Shown here one piece after another: positions 1 through 15,477 of a stretch of 64,000 bases of DNA. The stretch comes from Trichosphaerium sp. ATCC 40318. Its lineage: Eukaryota > Protista > Tubulinea. The notes under the pieces were generated by a model, which saw only the letters and a program-made list of their open reading frames with translations, had not been told where the DNA came from and made no database searches. The stretch is from assembly GCA_038496445.1 (NCBI GenBank), contig JALMLS010000009.1, positions 186,001-250,000 on the forward strand, written 5' to 3'. Both the position numbers and the translations under genes were made by a program. How positions within the stretch are numbered: the stretch's first letter is position 1; every line of letters starts with the position of its first letter.

Positions 1-172
1 GCTCTCGGCTGTATTACCACTGACCGTGTCAAAACTGGCGTCTCCACTTGAATTATCTTTATTTGTAGCCATAATCACATTCTTTCATTGCATTGTAGAG
101 CAAAAAATTGACAATTTCAATGTTAGTCTCTTACAGTTTCTCAGAGTAGTTATTTCAAGTTCAACAGCCCAC

Positions 173-2240
<2,068 letters not shown>

Positions 2241-2622
2241 AATATTGGCTTTTATTTGCTTTTATTTTTTTTTTGAACCTTGCTGTACAACACATAATTT
2301 TGGACTCTGTTGCGGTTTTTTTGGCGCTACAGCATTTATTGCAAACAAGAGTAAATCTGTGCTAATAAATGGGTGTAAATTTGTTCAATTGTACTTTTGT
2401 TAGCGTACTAGTGTCGGTGCGCTTTTGTTGCATGGTTTGTAAGCCTTTTTTCGAAACACAAGCTATGTACACTAGAAATACGTTGAATTTGTATTTTGGC
2501 TTTTTCGTGTATTGCTTTACGAGCTTTGTAGCATTTAGTTGGCGTATAATTGCTTTCTAGTTGGTACGTAAAAAGATATGGTTGTTTACTACCTATCAGT
2601 ATGGTACTGATTGCAATTAGAT

Positions 2623-5600
2623 ATGCGAGGGCATTTATTTATGGTTTTATGCCTCGTTGGTGTTATAACTGGTGCAACCATAACAGTAGATGTATTTCGC
2701 GACACTGATGGCAGTGGTATCCAGGATGGAGCTGAAGTGCGAGTTGGTGCGTTTTTTGTCAACTTTCACTATTTTAGCCATTAACACAAGAATAGGTGCC
2801 AATGACGTCACAATAACCTTGTTGCGTCGTGATGCAACCGATAATGTGCAGTTAGCACAACAACAAACTACCAGTGCTGGTAGTGTTTCATTCACCGGCG
2901 TCACTGATGATGATTACAGATTAGAGGGTACATAAAAGAAGAAATGGTTTCCATTTCGGTTGTCTCAACCGTTTTCTTTCAAACAACTGTCTTATCTCTT
3001 TTCTACTTGCCTCTAAACCATTCATTTGACATTCCTTAGTTAGCTCTGCAAATGGTTTATCTGCTACGGCACCACCTACTGTTCCTACAGGCGTATCATC
3101 GCAGTTTTTTGTAGATTCCTCTTACGAGTAAGTGCTCAATCTTTGAAACTTAGGTCACCTCTTCCCTTTGAAATTAACATGTCATTTTTGTAGTTTGACT
3201 ATTGCAAGTAATGCTGACGTAACTGTTAATCTTGGTGTTGTCCAAAAAGTACAAATTGGGCAGTTTATTTTCTTTAATGATAATGACGGAGATGGAGCAT
3301 TTAATGCTACAGTAGATGAGCAATTTGAATTTATTGCAGGTTATTATATGAGAGCTGGTGATGACCAAACAGTGGAGGTACGAAAAAACTAACAAAATAC
3401 CTTAACAAACAGTAACACTTGTTGACACAACATCAAGAATATTTTGGTTTTTTTTTTTCGTAAAAGTGCCAGCGCATACTACGTACATGGGTTATTTTTA
3501 AGTCCATCACGTGCTTTTTCAGATTTGGTTTTTTTTAATTTGTTCATTTTTTTCATAGGACAACATTGTAGATGATTGGGAGGCTGACACAGGAAATATT
3601 ACAATTTCTGTTATTCCAGGAGATATCATTATTTATGTTATTTTCCCTGAAAACTCAAAGTTGACAATACCCAACAGAGTCGTTCCAGGCCTTCCTTCCA
3701 GTGAACTGTACGATTTTATTATACAATATACACCATATGCTCATGAGTGCATGCTAGAGAGGATACCTTATCAGTTGTACTTGACACTGGAGACCGTGCT
3801 GTAGGTAAAGCATATACGGTACGACACTATTGCTTCTTAAGTAGCTCCTCTGATGAGTAATCGTAGGTTACTGAAGGTCAGGTTGTTGCAGGTGTTACAG
3901 CAGGTCTTTACACTCCTGTAACGCTCGGGCCTATATTAGTTTGGGATGATATTTCACGGTAAGTAGCAAGTAACAATTGAAAGTATTTTTGGACTTAAGT
4001 ATCTTTTAGGAATGGTGTTCAAGAGGAGTTTGAAACACCTCTACAATTAGTAGATATTATTCTAAGCGATACACGTAATGTATGGCCAAATCGTACGCTT
4101 ATTACAAGCGAGAAGAGTGGTACTGTAATCATCGAGTACGTCATCACGTGATTCTAAAGAAATGTTACTAAAGCTGTCAAAAAACAAATAGAGACGTGCC
4201 ACCATCAGACTATAATTTGATTATCGTGCTTCCAGATGACTTCCCAATGATATCTCCAGTTAATCAAGGTGTAGACGAATCAGTAGATAATGATTGGCCT
4301 CCACCTGATAACGTACGTCTAATTTACTTGTAGTCACTCTGATCGTCCCCTATAGGGTGTTTTAAGACTTGAAGTAAGATCAAGTGTTGATATTTCAGAT
4401 TTGGCTGCTGGATTATTCAATCCAGGTTCGTTTTAGTTTTTAACTCTGTACTTACTTTTCATCCGTCGTATAGATGTTGATCCACCTACACCTGCTCTGA
4501 TTATTAATAATTCCAATACTGAAAATATTCGTATAGCTGTAGCTGTAGGAACATCATTAGCACTCATCCTTCTTATACGTATGACAGAAAAACACTTCCA
4601 AACTCTTAGTTAACTTTCTGTTTAGTGATTATTGCATTTATTGTATACTGGTGTTTCTTCCGAAACACTGGACCTACAGATGTAGAACTTGCTATGGATT
4701 TAATTGAGAAGGCTAATCTTATTAAAGAATCGGAGTCTAAGCTTCTTAAAGAGCGAAAGACATGTACGTTATACTTTACCTTTCTTGTTCTTTTTTTTAT
4801 TTTTTGTTACTTGTTGTTCAGCGGCTTGTACATCACTGCCAATCATGTACTTACCAAAATTATAGTGCGTAGGCTAGAAACAGCTCTATTGAGCAGAGAA
4901 AAACTAGCATCAAAACGAGAAGATAATGCTCGTAAACTAGAGAAGACAGTACTTAAAAGAGAGCGTGCTGTAGGGCATATGGAATTGTATATTTACGAGA
5001 CCATAAAGGTTGGTGATAGTGAAGCTAATCTTAAGACATTGGGCCTCAATCTAGATAATGATGCTGACGAGTACGTCTTTGTTATTTCATTTTTGGTTCA
5101 CATCAAAATACAAACTTTTTACCTTTCTTATCTATCTCATTCTTGGCAAGACATTGTGATAAAAGACTCGTATTTTCATTCTAACGCTTTCGTAGAAATG
5201 GTGATGAAGATAGTGACGATGATATTGATCCACAGATTAAGGTATGTGTACCACTGGTTGTTTTTAAACGCTGTTCTCCATAAATTACTTGTGATCTTAC
5301 TTTGAGCCTTAGAAAGCCCTTATGCGTTCAAGAAACGCTATGAAGAAACATAAAGTAGTAAAAGAAGCTATTACAACACCTGATAAGAAGAGACGCGCCA
5401 CTTTTGGTGGCAATGAAGACGATGATGGTACCCACTTATTTCTGTTTTTTTTATGAATTTCTTATGTTGCACACAAAGCGCCTTGTCTTTCGTGTATCTG
5501 TTTTTACTCTACTAATAATTAACTTTCTCAGATATAACTGCTGCCAAGAAGATTATGGCAAGAGAAAAAGCAGCACAAAGAGCTGCTGAAGAAGAAGAGG

Positions 5601-5955
5601 AGTGAGTTTTTTGGAATTAATAGTTGTGTTTTTTTTTTGGCTTTTATTGACTTTTTCAAAGCTCATCTGGAGATTACGAAGAAGCTATCATCAGACGAAA
5701 GAAAAAATCCAACAAAGCAGATATGGTACGTCATTAGAGTTGAAGTCCGATTCTCATCCTTTTTTGCAACAGATTGAGCTTGGAAGCATACCAACTGCAC
5801 GTGATATGAATGAAATACATGCAGACATCAGTACAAGTGATGAAGAAGATGATGAAAGTAGTAGTGATGAAGACGATGAAGATAGTGATGATGATGATGA
5901 TGATGAAGATAGTGATGATGGTCAAATAGTTGATGTTGGTCTGACGCTTATGTAA
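2623..5955 (+). CDS. Type I membrane protein with SdrD B-like (Cna-B/prealbumin-fold) repeats, one TM helix and a coiled-coil/acidic cytoplasmic tail
   Basis: Signal peptide MRGHLFMVLCLVGVITG. Three repeats start VFRDTDGSGIQDGAE, FFNDNDGDGAFN and VWDDISRNGVQEEFE. Also TTSAGSVSFTGV and SPVNQGVDESVDND. TM at about 4530-4660, Asp/Glu-rich tail. Confidence 0.7.
5838..5920 (+). repeat. (GAT/GAA)n coding microsatellite, acidic tract
   Basis: Imperfect GAT repeats encoding SDEEDDESSSDEDDEDSDDDDDDEDSDD. Confidence 0.9.
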
Positions 5956-6223
5956 AGAAATAATTATTATCCAAAACAAATATTCAAGAAAAAATTTTCT
6001 CTTCATATTATTTGTTACAATATCCAGTCAGCACTTCCATAATGATTCCTGCAAAAGAAGTGAGAGAAATCACTGAACAGCTACCAAGGGTTCCTATGCA
6101 TGTTCACGGAAAAAACCAACAAAGAACATAATATATTGTTACAAAACGATATCGTGAGTACATACGACGAAAAAGGTTGACAACGACTGTGTTTATTTAC
6201 AAAAAAGAGAGGGGATCCTTGCA

Positions 6224-9200
6224 CTACTTTTTGAAAGATTTACTCCATAGTTTCTGGTCTTTCTTTTCTTGAATACGTAAACGACAATTATGACGTTCAT
6301 AGAACCTTTTAAATACGCTGTCACTATTTTCAATATCAGGTTGTATTGTTAATGCTCGTTGGAAGTCTCTAGTTGCTTTTTCTGTTAGATTTTGCTCGCT
6401 ATAGCTAAATCCTCGTCTATATAAGGCCTAGAATTTAAAACAATCAGGAAAGACCAAGTACACCAAAGAAAAGAATTGTAAAAAGAGAAGTTGGTTTTCA
6501 GAAAAAATTGAGAAAGAAAATAATTTTTTACCTTAACGTTCTCTTCATCAAAAGAAAGGGCTTTATTACAATCTTCTATAGCAGATGTATATGATTTCAA
6601 GTATATCAAAGTCAGTGCCCTATATTAACAATAACGTGAACATGGTTTGGTAGAGTGCCGTGAAAAAAAAGAAAAGACAATTTCCATTGAAGGTTGATTA
6701 TTGTGTTGATAAAACGTGCTTTAGTAAAGCACTCAAGTTTTCATTAATAATCAATACGTCATAAAGTATGCTTGGGTTTTACAGTAAAAGTAGATTTTGA
6801 CATACCTGTTGAGGTAAACGAGATGTTTGGCTGATTCTATTTTTAGTTTCTTTTCGTCAGTTAGGTCTTGAACTATATCAAAATCGGCAAGACACTCAAT
6901 GGACTAATACATGGTTAGAAGTCTGTAAAACATACAATGATGTAAAATAATTGAAGCTATTGATTGTAGACAACAACAACCACAACAAAGCGACAGTGAT
7001 CGAAAAATAATAAAAACAAGATATATGGAAAGTGTAATATGACTTTTTGTGTTCACGTACTTCTGTGTATTTTATGTTTGCTAGCTTGAACCTCTTTCTC
7101 TTGAACAATATGTTGCCTTCAAGTCTCAAAGCACTAGATTGTTCAACACCATATTCTACGTTTACATAGTAATTCTACAATAAAAGTGTAAGTTGTCACG
7201 TTTTGAAAAAAAAAACCCTCAAAGTACCTTTCCTGAGCGACCTTTCTTCTTTTTAGGTGGAGGTGTTACGTTTTTTATTTCTATCCAAAATAGAATATCA
7301 GATTCAGGCGGTATTTTAGGTGGACAACCACATTGCTTGTAACTAATAAAACTTATCAAAAAAAGAATAAAGCAACAAAAAAAAATATGTTGAAACTCGT
7401 AAACGAAGCCAAATGACCAAAAAGAGCACTTACGCTCTGGACCAGTGACCAAGAAGAAGCAATTGTGTTCCTGCACGTAAATCAAATAATCCGTAATCCA
7501 ACATTGAAAGTACTTCGCCTTCACCAACTTTAAACTACGTAGGAATAAACAAAGAAAAATCTGAGAAAAAAAAGCAACGTTTGTGCTGTACCTTAAGATT
7601 TTCATTTCTAGCAACACTACTATCAAAAACAGTATCATTTGGGAGACGAGCCACATAATGTACTATAAAAAATAAACATCCACAGCAAATACAAAGAAAC
7701 TTCAGCCCCGAATGGACAAACTAATTAAAAAACCGACTGTTTTTTTTTTTGGAGTTAACTTACGTTCTACGCGATGCCCTCTTTCTACAATATCTCGTTT
7801 TCCTTCCTTCAATACAATTCTACGTAAAGTACCATCTCCCAAAACATCAAGGGCAGGAGTGGCTTTGTCTAACTCGTTAAACTTTGCAAACGTGTAATCT
7901 GGGGCTGAACGTTTCATGTCATCGAGCGATACTATAGCAACCTGGCAACATGAGAGTAAGTGGATGGACATTAATTGTATTAAAGTACCCCATCATCAGT
8001 AAACAAATCCTTTTCTTCCTTCACAATTTCAGGAAGATCTGATTTTTGCTGATTTTGTTTGGGAGGGTTTTTATCGTAATTTTCTTCCTTTGCTTTATTT
8101 AACTTCTCTTTGTTAATGTCTTTGCTTTCATCATCTTCGCCATCTTCTTGTTGGAAATTTTGTTGACGATTGAGCCATTTAACAACCATAAGAGCAGCAT
8201 TATGTCTAGCCTATACGAATTATTTGAAAGAAGAAATAAGAACAGCTGCAGTTCTATTCATTCACACCCATAGAAAGACCTCACGTTTTATTTTGCAAAT
8301 AAAACAATATTTTCAATGTGAGGAGATGAGAAAAAAAGCGAAGAATATGAACGTTATGAACTGTAAAGGCAAAAAAAAAACACTCAAGAAAACTTACTGT
8401 TTTCTTTCCTTGTGATGCAAAATCTGGTTGAAATTCAAAAACCTGGTCCTCTATTGTAACAATAAACCTATTCAAATACGTTAATGAATCAAATACAAAA
8501 AAGAGGTAAAATAACCTTACTTGTAAACAAATGGACCACCCTCAGGATTAGAAGGATCTTCCTCGTATCTAACATTAAATATTTCAGAAGAAGCGATCTG
8601 TTTAAACTCATTCAGAAGCTGTGATGGTGTCTTCCTATTACCCCATGTAGCAGGATCATATTTTTCAGGGAACGGATCCTCATCTTTGCTTTGAACCTAG
8701 AAACCGTTTAACACGATAAAAAGCTCCAAATCGTTCAAAGAAAGAAAAACAACAAGCTTGACGGCTTCCTTCAAGAGCTCTATGGCTCCTTGACCACAAA
8801 AGGTTGAACAATAAGTATAGTACCTTGTTCGCTTCTTTCCCCAAGTAGAGATTAGTAAAACTAAAGCTCTTGGGTTGACTCTTTTCAAGCTGTCTCATCA
8901 TCTTTGTGTAGTGGTATCTAAAATACGTTAATAAAGCATACGTTTACGTGCCTGCCTTAGTGAGCATAAATCACGTACATTTCTAAATGACGTCCTTCTT
9001 TGTTCATGGCAATAGCGTCCCCATAAATTTCGGCTTCAGTTACGCTTGTTGCTCTGAGAGAAAAAAATTAGAACTGTATTTATGGTTTAGAAGTAGTTAT
9101 ACCTTTCGTTTAACGCAAGGCCTTGCTCTTTTCCGTTTTTATTGTAATAAAGATCAGTCTCAAATCGCGTTGACATTGTAGCACCTAGAAATACCTTGTT

Positions 9201-9518
9201 AGCAAGCGAAAACGCGAATAACATGATTGAATCTACAAAAAAGACGATTCTGATTGAATATAAGTATTGTGCGTCTTGTGTACCCCATACGGTGCTGGCG
9301 CCTATTTCTTTAGCGTTTAAGAGCGCTTTCATGCTAAATGTCAATAATAAGTAAGCTTCAAGCGCAATAACTGTATACCTCTGCTCTACATGGTCTCTAA
9401 GCACAGATGCGCTGCTAATACGAACGTCCACATTGCTTGAGATAACTACAACGTGTACAGACTCATCATAATGCTCACTGTCATCTCGAGGACCGTTAAC
9501 GTCCGTTGAGTGGTCCAT
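6224..9518 (-). CDS. dsRBD + FKBP-type PPIase-like + TPR protein (start uncertain)
   Basis: Spliced TPSQLLNEFKQ...GPFVYKFIVTI...GKKTARHNAALMVVKWL (dsRBD). LHYVARLPNDTVFDSS...GCPPKIPPESDILFWIEI (FKBP). EGNILFK, YLNRALT..AIEDCNKAL..NVKALYRRG (TPR clamp). Confidence 0.75.
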
Positions 9519-9767
9519 GTGTAGTTGTAAAAACAAAAAATAAGATTGACAAATTGCTATTAAGTCAATGTGCACTATCAATCACGTAAAACACATCAAT
9601 CTCAATTGTTGAACGCGACATCATACTTAGTTTCTAGTTAGATGTAGATGTTATCTAACTAGTCTACAAAAGCTCAAAGTTTACAACAATTCTCAAACAC
9701 CGATATTTGGTCAGCTTCTGAGCATAAATTTAGTTTATTGTACATAAAAGTCCAATGAAGATGTATT

Positions 9768-12152
9768 CTATTCGGACGTTACAGGTTTGTAACCACTTCC
9801 AGTTTTTGACTCTGTAGCACGACGCATCAAGAACGTGTAGATCATTAATCCTATTAACGCAGTTGTACCAAAAACACCAATAAAATAACCCACAAAAACG
9901 ACATCTTTAGTTACTCCATACACACGTTCTTTCGCTATAAAACACAAAATCAGCAGTTATTATTACAAGCTACCTCCGTACCAACAAGGCAATTATCACC
10001 ACAGCTACATGCTGCATCGCAAACATCGTATTCATAACGATCTATACGTAGTCAGTACAACTGAAGAAATACGTACTACTTCGAGGGGAAAATAGTTTTT
10101 CTTCATGTTTTACGTGCCTGGTGTTACATAAACTTGAGTTGTCAAAATAATTGTATGACTATCATGTTCTAAGCGCTTAGCACCTCGCTTAGATTGATGA
10201 CGATGCTCAACAGCAACATCAAATTCAAACTCTACAAAATATGCTTGCCATCCTTTCTTGGCTGGTAAGCTTACACGATAGTGTTTAGGCTCTACAACAA
10301 GAGTTAAAAGGAATAAAAGATTTTGTAGACTACAAACTGACCTTCAGGTGTTAATTCTGTGGGTTTGTAAACGATTGATGATTCATCTGGGGTGTACTTT
10401 CTGAAATCGCGTGCATCTGGGTTGTAAGCAACCCATAAAGTTGCACGAGTAGGTACAACGTTAGTTGCTACAACAAGCTCTTTTTTACCATCTTCAGATC
10501 TTTTGATATGTTCTTCTGTAATATTAGGTGGTACTACGCGATCTACGATCACAGCATAAAAGGTAGCGATGGACAACCTTAACCGAGTTAAGCAAAGGCA
10601 GAAAAAAAAACCAAAAAAAAAAAGTTTCTTTTTGGATAGTTGTACGTACGTTATTCTCTCGTGGTACTCTGTTAGATTGTTGGCTACATTAGGTATGTAG
10701 CGAAGGAACTTTTGTCCTGTTAATTCATTGTAAAAGAATTGTGTAGAATCAGGTGGATAAAACTCGTCTTGAGCGGCATTGATAATGAACTTAGGTTGGC
10801 TAATACGGTTGTTGTACTGTAATGGATCAGTTAAGGTTATAGCTCGTAACCCCTCTTTTGTCTTTAGCCATTTCATTACGCCTTCATTTACATACTCTTC
10901 AAATGCATGACTCCAGTTTCCGTAGGTTCTATAAAACAATTAGCTTGAAGAAAACGAAATTAAGAAAGCCATTAACAAGTGACATACTGATGATGGTGAT
11001 CATGTTGCTTGATGCTATTCAAACCACAATAAGATATAGGAACCAAAGCCTTTACTCTTTTATCAGTGGCAGCGATAAGCCAAGTAGCCCTAGGTATCAA
11101 GGTTAGGATAAAGAATAAAACACGACTCAATAGCAACAAAAAAAATTATACCATCCACGAAGCGAATCACCAACAACCACAAAGTCTTTTACATGCGGTA
11201 ATTTCTCTTGAACAATTGACATTGCAGCAGTGGCAGTCCTTATCATTGGCAATTGTGCATGCTAAGGTAGTTTCATTACGGTAATTCAACCAAATATAAC
11301 AAACAAAAACAATAGACAATAAACACCATAAAACGTACCAGCTTTGGTTGTTTACTGTTATGAAAGAAATTCATCATACTCTTAGCAAACAAAGCGTCTA
11401 TAAAGTAAAGTAAGATATAATTAATAGGCATATATTTCTCGTACGTCCAGAGCGATTTCTAGGTATGGCCTCGTTTGCGAATTCTACTGGACCATTTGGC
11501 ATTTGCCAAAGTTCAATTACAGCTGCTTGAGTGTGTACAGCTAGCTTGATTCCTTCAGGACTAGCTTCATTTGGTGTATCCTCTCTATTGTAGGCATAAA
11601 CTCCAAGAGACGATTTCCAAGGTAAACGTACTTGTGCTCGTCTCCACGCAGTATGAAAATAGCAGTTTTCTCGTGATAGTAGTTCTTTGGTATCGTTCTA
11701 AACTGCGTTAAGATTTCCGTGACAAGTGTCCGTATAAGATTGATAGACGTAATGTAGGAGTTTTTTGAGCAAGTTGTACGTACACGGTCATCCAGTGTGC
11801 CCATAAATTGTTGTGGGTGATATAGTGTTGATCTAACCACAAGAAGGAGCTAAAGCGAAAAACATGCGTCGTATGTGTTTCGTACACTTTTGTATCAGCT
11901 TGAAAGCGTGAATACCTACAACGAGGTTAAATGGAATCAATATTAAATTTCAATGATTAGTAGCGCTACACTAAAGTATATGCGCAGCTGTAGAGCATTG
12001 TATACGGCTAATTTTCAAAATAGTAATACTGCAACCGTATTATTCACGTACACGTCAGACCTCAACACAGAGTACTTGTCCAAGTCACCATACTGTTTTG
12101 AACACGCAATTGCTACTAGCAGCGTTATCACTGCAACGTATTGTATAAGCAT
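9768..12152 (-). CDS. PqaA/AprA-like alpha/beta-hydrolase-fold protein with signal peptide and C-terminal TM
   Basis: VVVGDSLRGWATWLIAATDKRVKALVP, YGNWSHAFEEY, DPLQY, PKFIINAAQDEFYPPD, LRYIPN, ARDFR. C-terminal hydrophobic helix, then RRATESK...E*. Confidence 0.8.
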
Positions 12153-12336
12153 AGGTTGCTTTCTACGTAAATGGGGCAAGCTTGTGGATGTACCCGAAGA
12201 CCGAAAACGACCACAACGTGAAATTTACAATTCGAGAAAAAACAAGCATAATTGCACTGTTTAACATTCGACAATACAGTTGATCCAGACGCGCTTGTAC
12301 TGATGTTTAAAAGATACTTTATTAAGCTATTTTGAT

Positions 12337-15274
12337 TTACTGGAACTTTGACACAGCGCCGTAAATTGTATTGACAAACCAGCTGCACGCGTAGTATCCA
12401 ATGGATCCTTGAATAAAAATAAGCAAAAGGTTATTTGACATTTTTAGACAACATACCTGTGCAAACGAAAAAGGCGAAGCACATCATGAAGGAATAACCA
12501 AAGTAAAGAAGGACTAAGCGGAAAAATTAGTCAAGTGTGCACAAACAAAGAACAATTTAGCATACCTGGTACGAATCCAGAAATGTGCAACGTAGTGGCA
12601 AAGTAAAAGATAGAGTACAAAAACATGTAGAAGGCTGAAGCGCCAGAAGTCATGTATGATCGCCACCACCAATGGTAATCCTAAACGAAAAAACTTTAGT
12701 CAAACAAACCAAAACATATGTATACGTACCTCAGAGCAAAGTTGGAAGTAACACATTACAATGGTAATTTCAGCGCATGTAATGACAAGGATGATAAAGA
12801 CCAAGAATAAAAAGCCAAAGAGGTAGTAGAATCGGTGTAACCAGATTGAAGAAAGGATAAAGAACAACTCAATAAAAACAGCTCCAAAAGGTAAAATACC
12901 ACCCATAAGTACAGAGAAGATTGGGTGCATGTACCTAACACATGAGTTAGAAGAGGTCATTTCATACTCAAAGCATTATCGTACCAGACTTGGACTGGAA
13001 TATGACGTGGAATCTGTTTTGGCTCACAAAGTGGTTTTACTTTCTCTCTACGCCAGGCAAAGTAACTTCCGAAGAAGCACAATGGTACAGAGATACCTTG
13101 ACAGCCATTAGAAATTATAGCGAAAATGTCTAATAAAAAACGTACCGAACCACAAAGCAATGAGAGCGAGAAGAGCTGAGAATGGGATACCAGCAGATGA
13201 GTGCATACCCCAAAGGAAGCAACTCAAGAAAAAGAAAGTACCAAAGAAGATGCCAGGGAAGAACAAAGCAGTCAATAGAGCGTTGCGCTTCCATTTTTCA
13301 CCACCAAGGTTTTTGTAGGTACGGGTTGAGAAGTAACCTGCAACAATACCCATCCACACAAAGAGAACAAGCATAGACATAGTTAAAGCACCTTTGTTTG
13401 CTGGGGAAAGTATTCCGAGAACAGCAAAAACTAAGTAGAAATAAGATGAAACAACCGGCAGACCGACAGTGGACGAAACTATCCAGCCAGGATTCAATCT
13501 GAAACGTACCCATAACAACAATAAACATTCCAGTGACTTGCATTCCTGAACCTACTAGGACAGAAAAGAGCATAGGGTAACGTGGAGGTCTAAATACATC
13601 GGCATATACAAATTTCCAACCAGTCTCATCAGGTTCTTCTACATCAGCAGTGCTGTTGATACGTGTAATTTCTGCGTGAAGTGTACGCATCATAATCATA
13701 GCAACCATACCTTTAACACATTTTTTAGCGTGTTATAAATACTAAAAAACTAGTTTGGTTTTTAACATACCAGATAAGAAAAGAACAATCATGAGGGAGT
13801 TGATGATAGAAAACCAGTGAATTTGACCATCACCGTTCATTGTAAGGTATTTATCCCAACGTTCAGACCATTTAATGTTAGACTTGGACCAGTTAACATT
13901 GTAAGTAAAGAATACATCAGTTTCTTTGTCTTCAGATACATCAAAAGGAGCGTGATGAGTAGCATCACAATTTTTTACGTCTATTCAACATGAGATACAA
14001 GCCGCGACAAGTTAAAATGCAAATACAAGGTTGAAGGGTTACAAATAAATAAAAAAAAAGGTAATTAAATAAAAATTTAAAGTGAAATTCATTGCGCTTT
14101 TCCGCCCACGCGTGGCATAAAAATTACTTTTTTAACCTTTTGACCAAACAAAATACGAGACAAGATAGTAATATGACCCAGAGAGGAAAAAAGCGACAAT
14201 TTGAACGTAATACAAGTATTCTTTGTTGAAAAAAAGTGTAAAAAGAATCACCATACCTCCAGCATTTTTGTATGCGATAGATCTTGGATTAACTTCGAAA
14301 AATACAATTCTGTTACCATCATCTACTTCATTGTAGTGAACAAATATGTCGACGTGGTTATTCAAATGAGAGAATTTTTTTGCAGCTTCATCATTCTCGT
14401 CCTTTTGCTGGTAAGGAATTAGCGGTGGTTGTAAGGTATTTAATTAAATAAAAACTAACCCTAGCACCAATTGCGAAACCAACTTCGTAGGCGAAAGTGT
14501 CGTGATCAGGATCGGTGATTTTTTTCTCTTGCTCCTTTGTGAGGATTTGTTTACCAATACGAGAAGCAGAAGGGAGTGTTAAATCAATAAGCCTAAAAAA
14601 CGAAACGTCAGCTATTATTGGTTTTTTTGTTTTATTGAAACTAGTCTACGTACCAGTGGGCTTTGTATTCTTCCTGAATTTTGTTCCTGTACGCAATTTA
14701 ATAAGAAAATAAAACTTTCTGCTGTTCGAACCTCCAGTCTTTAACTTCGTCTACCGTGAGGTGTTTTTTACACAAGAGGTGACATTTAACAGTTTGGCGC
14801 ATTTCTAACTAAGAAATTAATGTTAGTTTGTAAAGCAACGTGGACAATTTTTTTTGTAACCTAGCGCTCAAAACGCTCCAATATAGCTAATTTCGTAGTT
14901 TTACAAATTTGAAATAAAAAAACAAGTATAAATACCTTATACAGTGACGTTTCAATACTGTCACCAAGCACTATTTCGCCCAGGTTCTCTTTTGTCTTTT
15001 TGATGCTTTTGTCGTCTTTGTCTTCAGCATTTGCTTGTCGGCACACAGGGAGGTTGTGGTAGTTGTATGGTATCTGGGTTCGCACAGAGGTGATCTTATT
15101 AGTCCATACAGTGACCTTACCACCGTTGGCGTAAGTGGTCGGGCGAAATTCTGGGATAACGAAAGCGTGGCGAGAGCTAACAGATACAAGTGCCATAACA
15201 ATGGTAAACACCAAAGCCAAAACACCAAAGGCAATAATGGCCTTGCCATTGCCTGATTTAACCATAGATTGCAT
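12337..15274 (-). CDS. Transmembrane 9 superfamily (nonaspanin/EMP70) protein, TM9SF2/4-like
   Basis: [71 protein letters not shown]. Confidence 0.93.
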
Positions 15275-15477
15275 CGTGGTTTACGTACAGAATGTTTTTG
15301 GGGCTATGGTCTCGTGTATAAGTGCCAATGTCGCTTAACTTCAGCACGAAATCACACATACATCACGCCGTAGTGATTTTGGGTGACGTACTAGGTGTGT
15401 GAAAGAGTTTGTAGTTTAATTTAGATTGTGACAAACCTTTTTTTGCGGTTTGGCTACTAATACGCGCAATAGGTATC

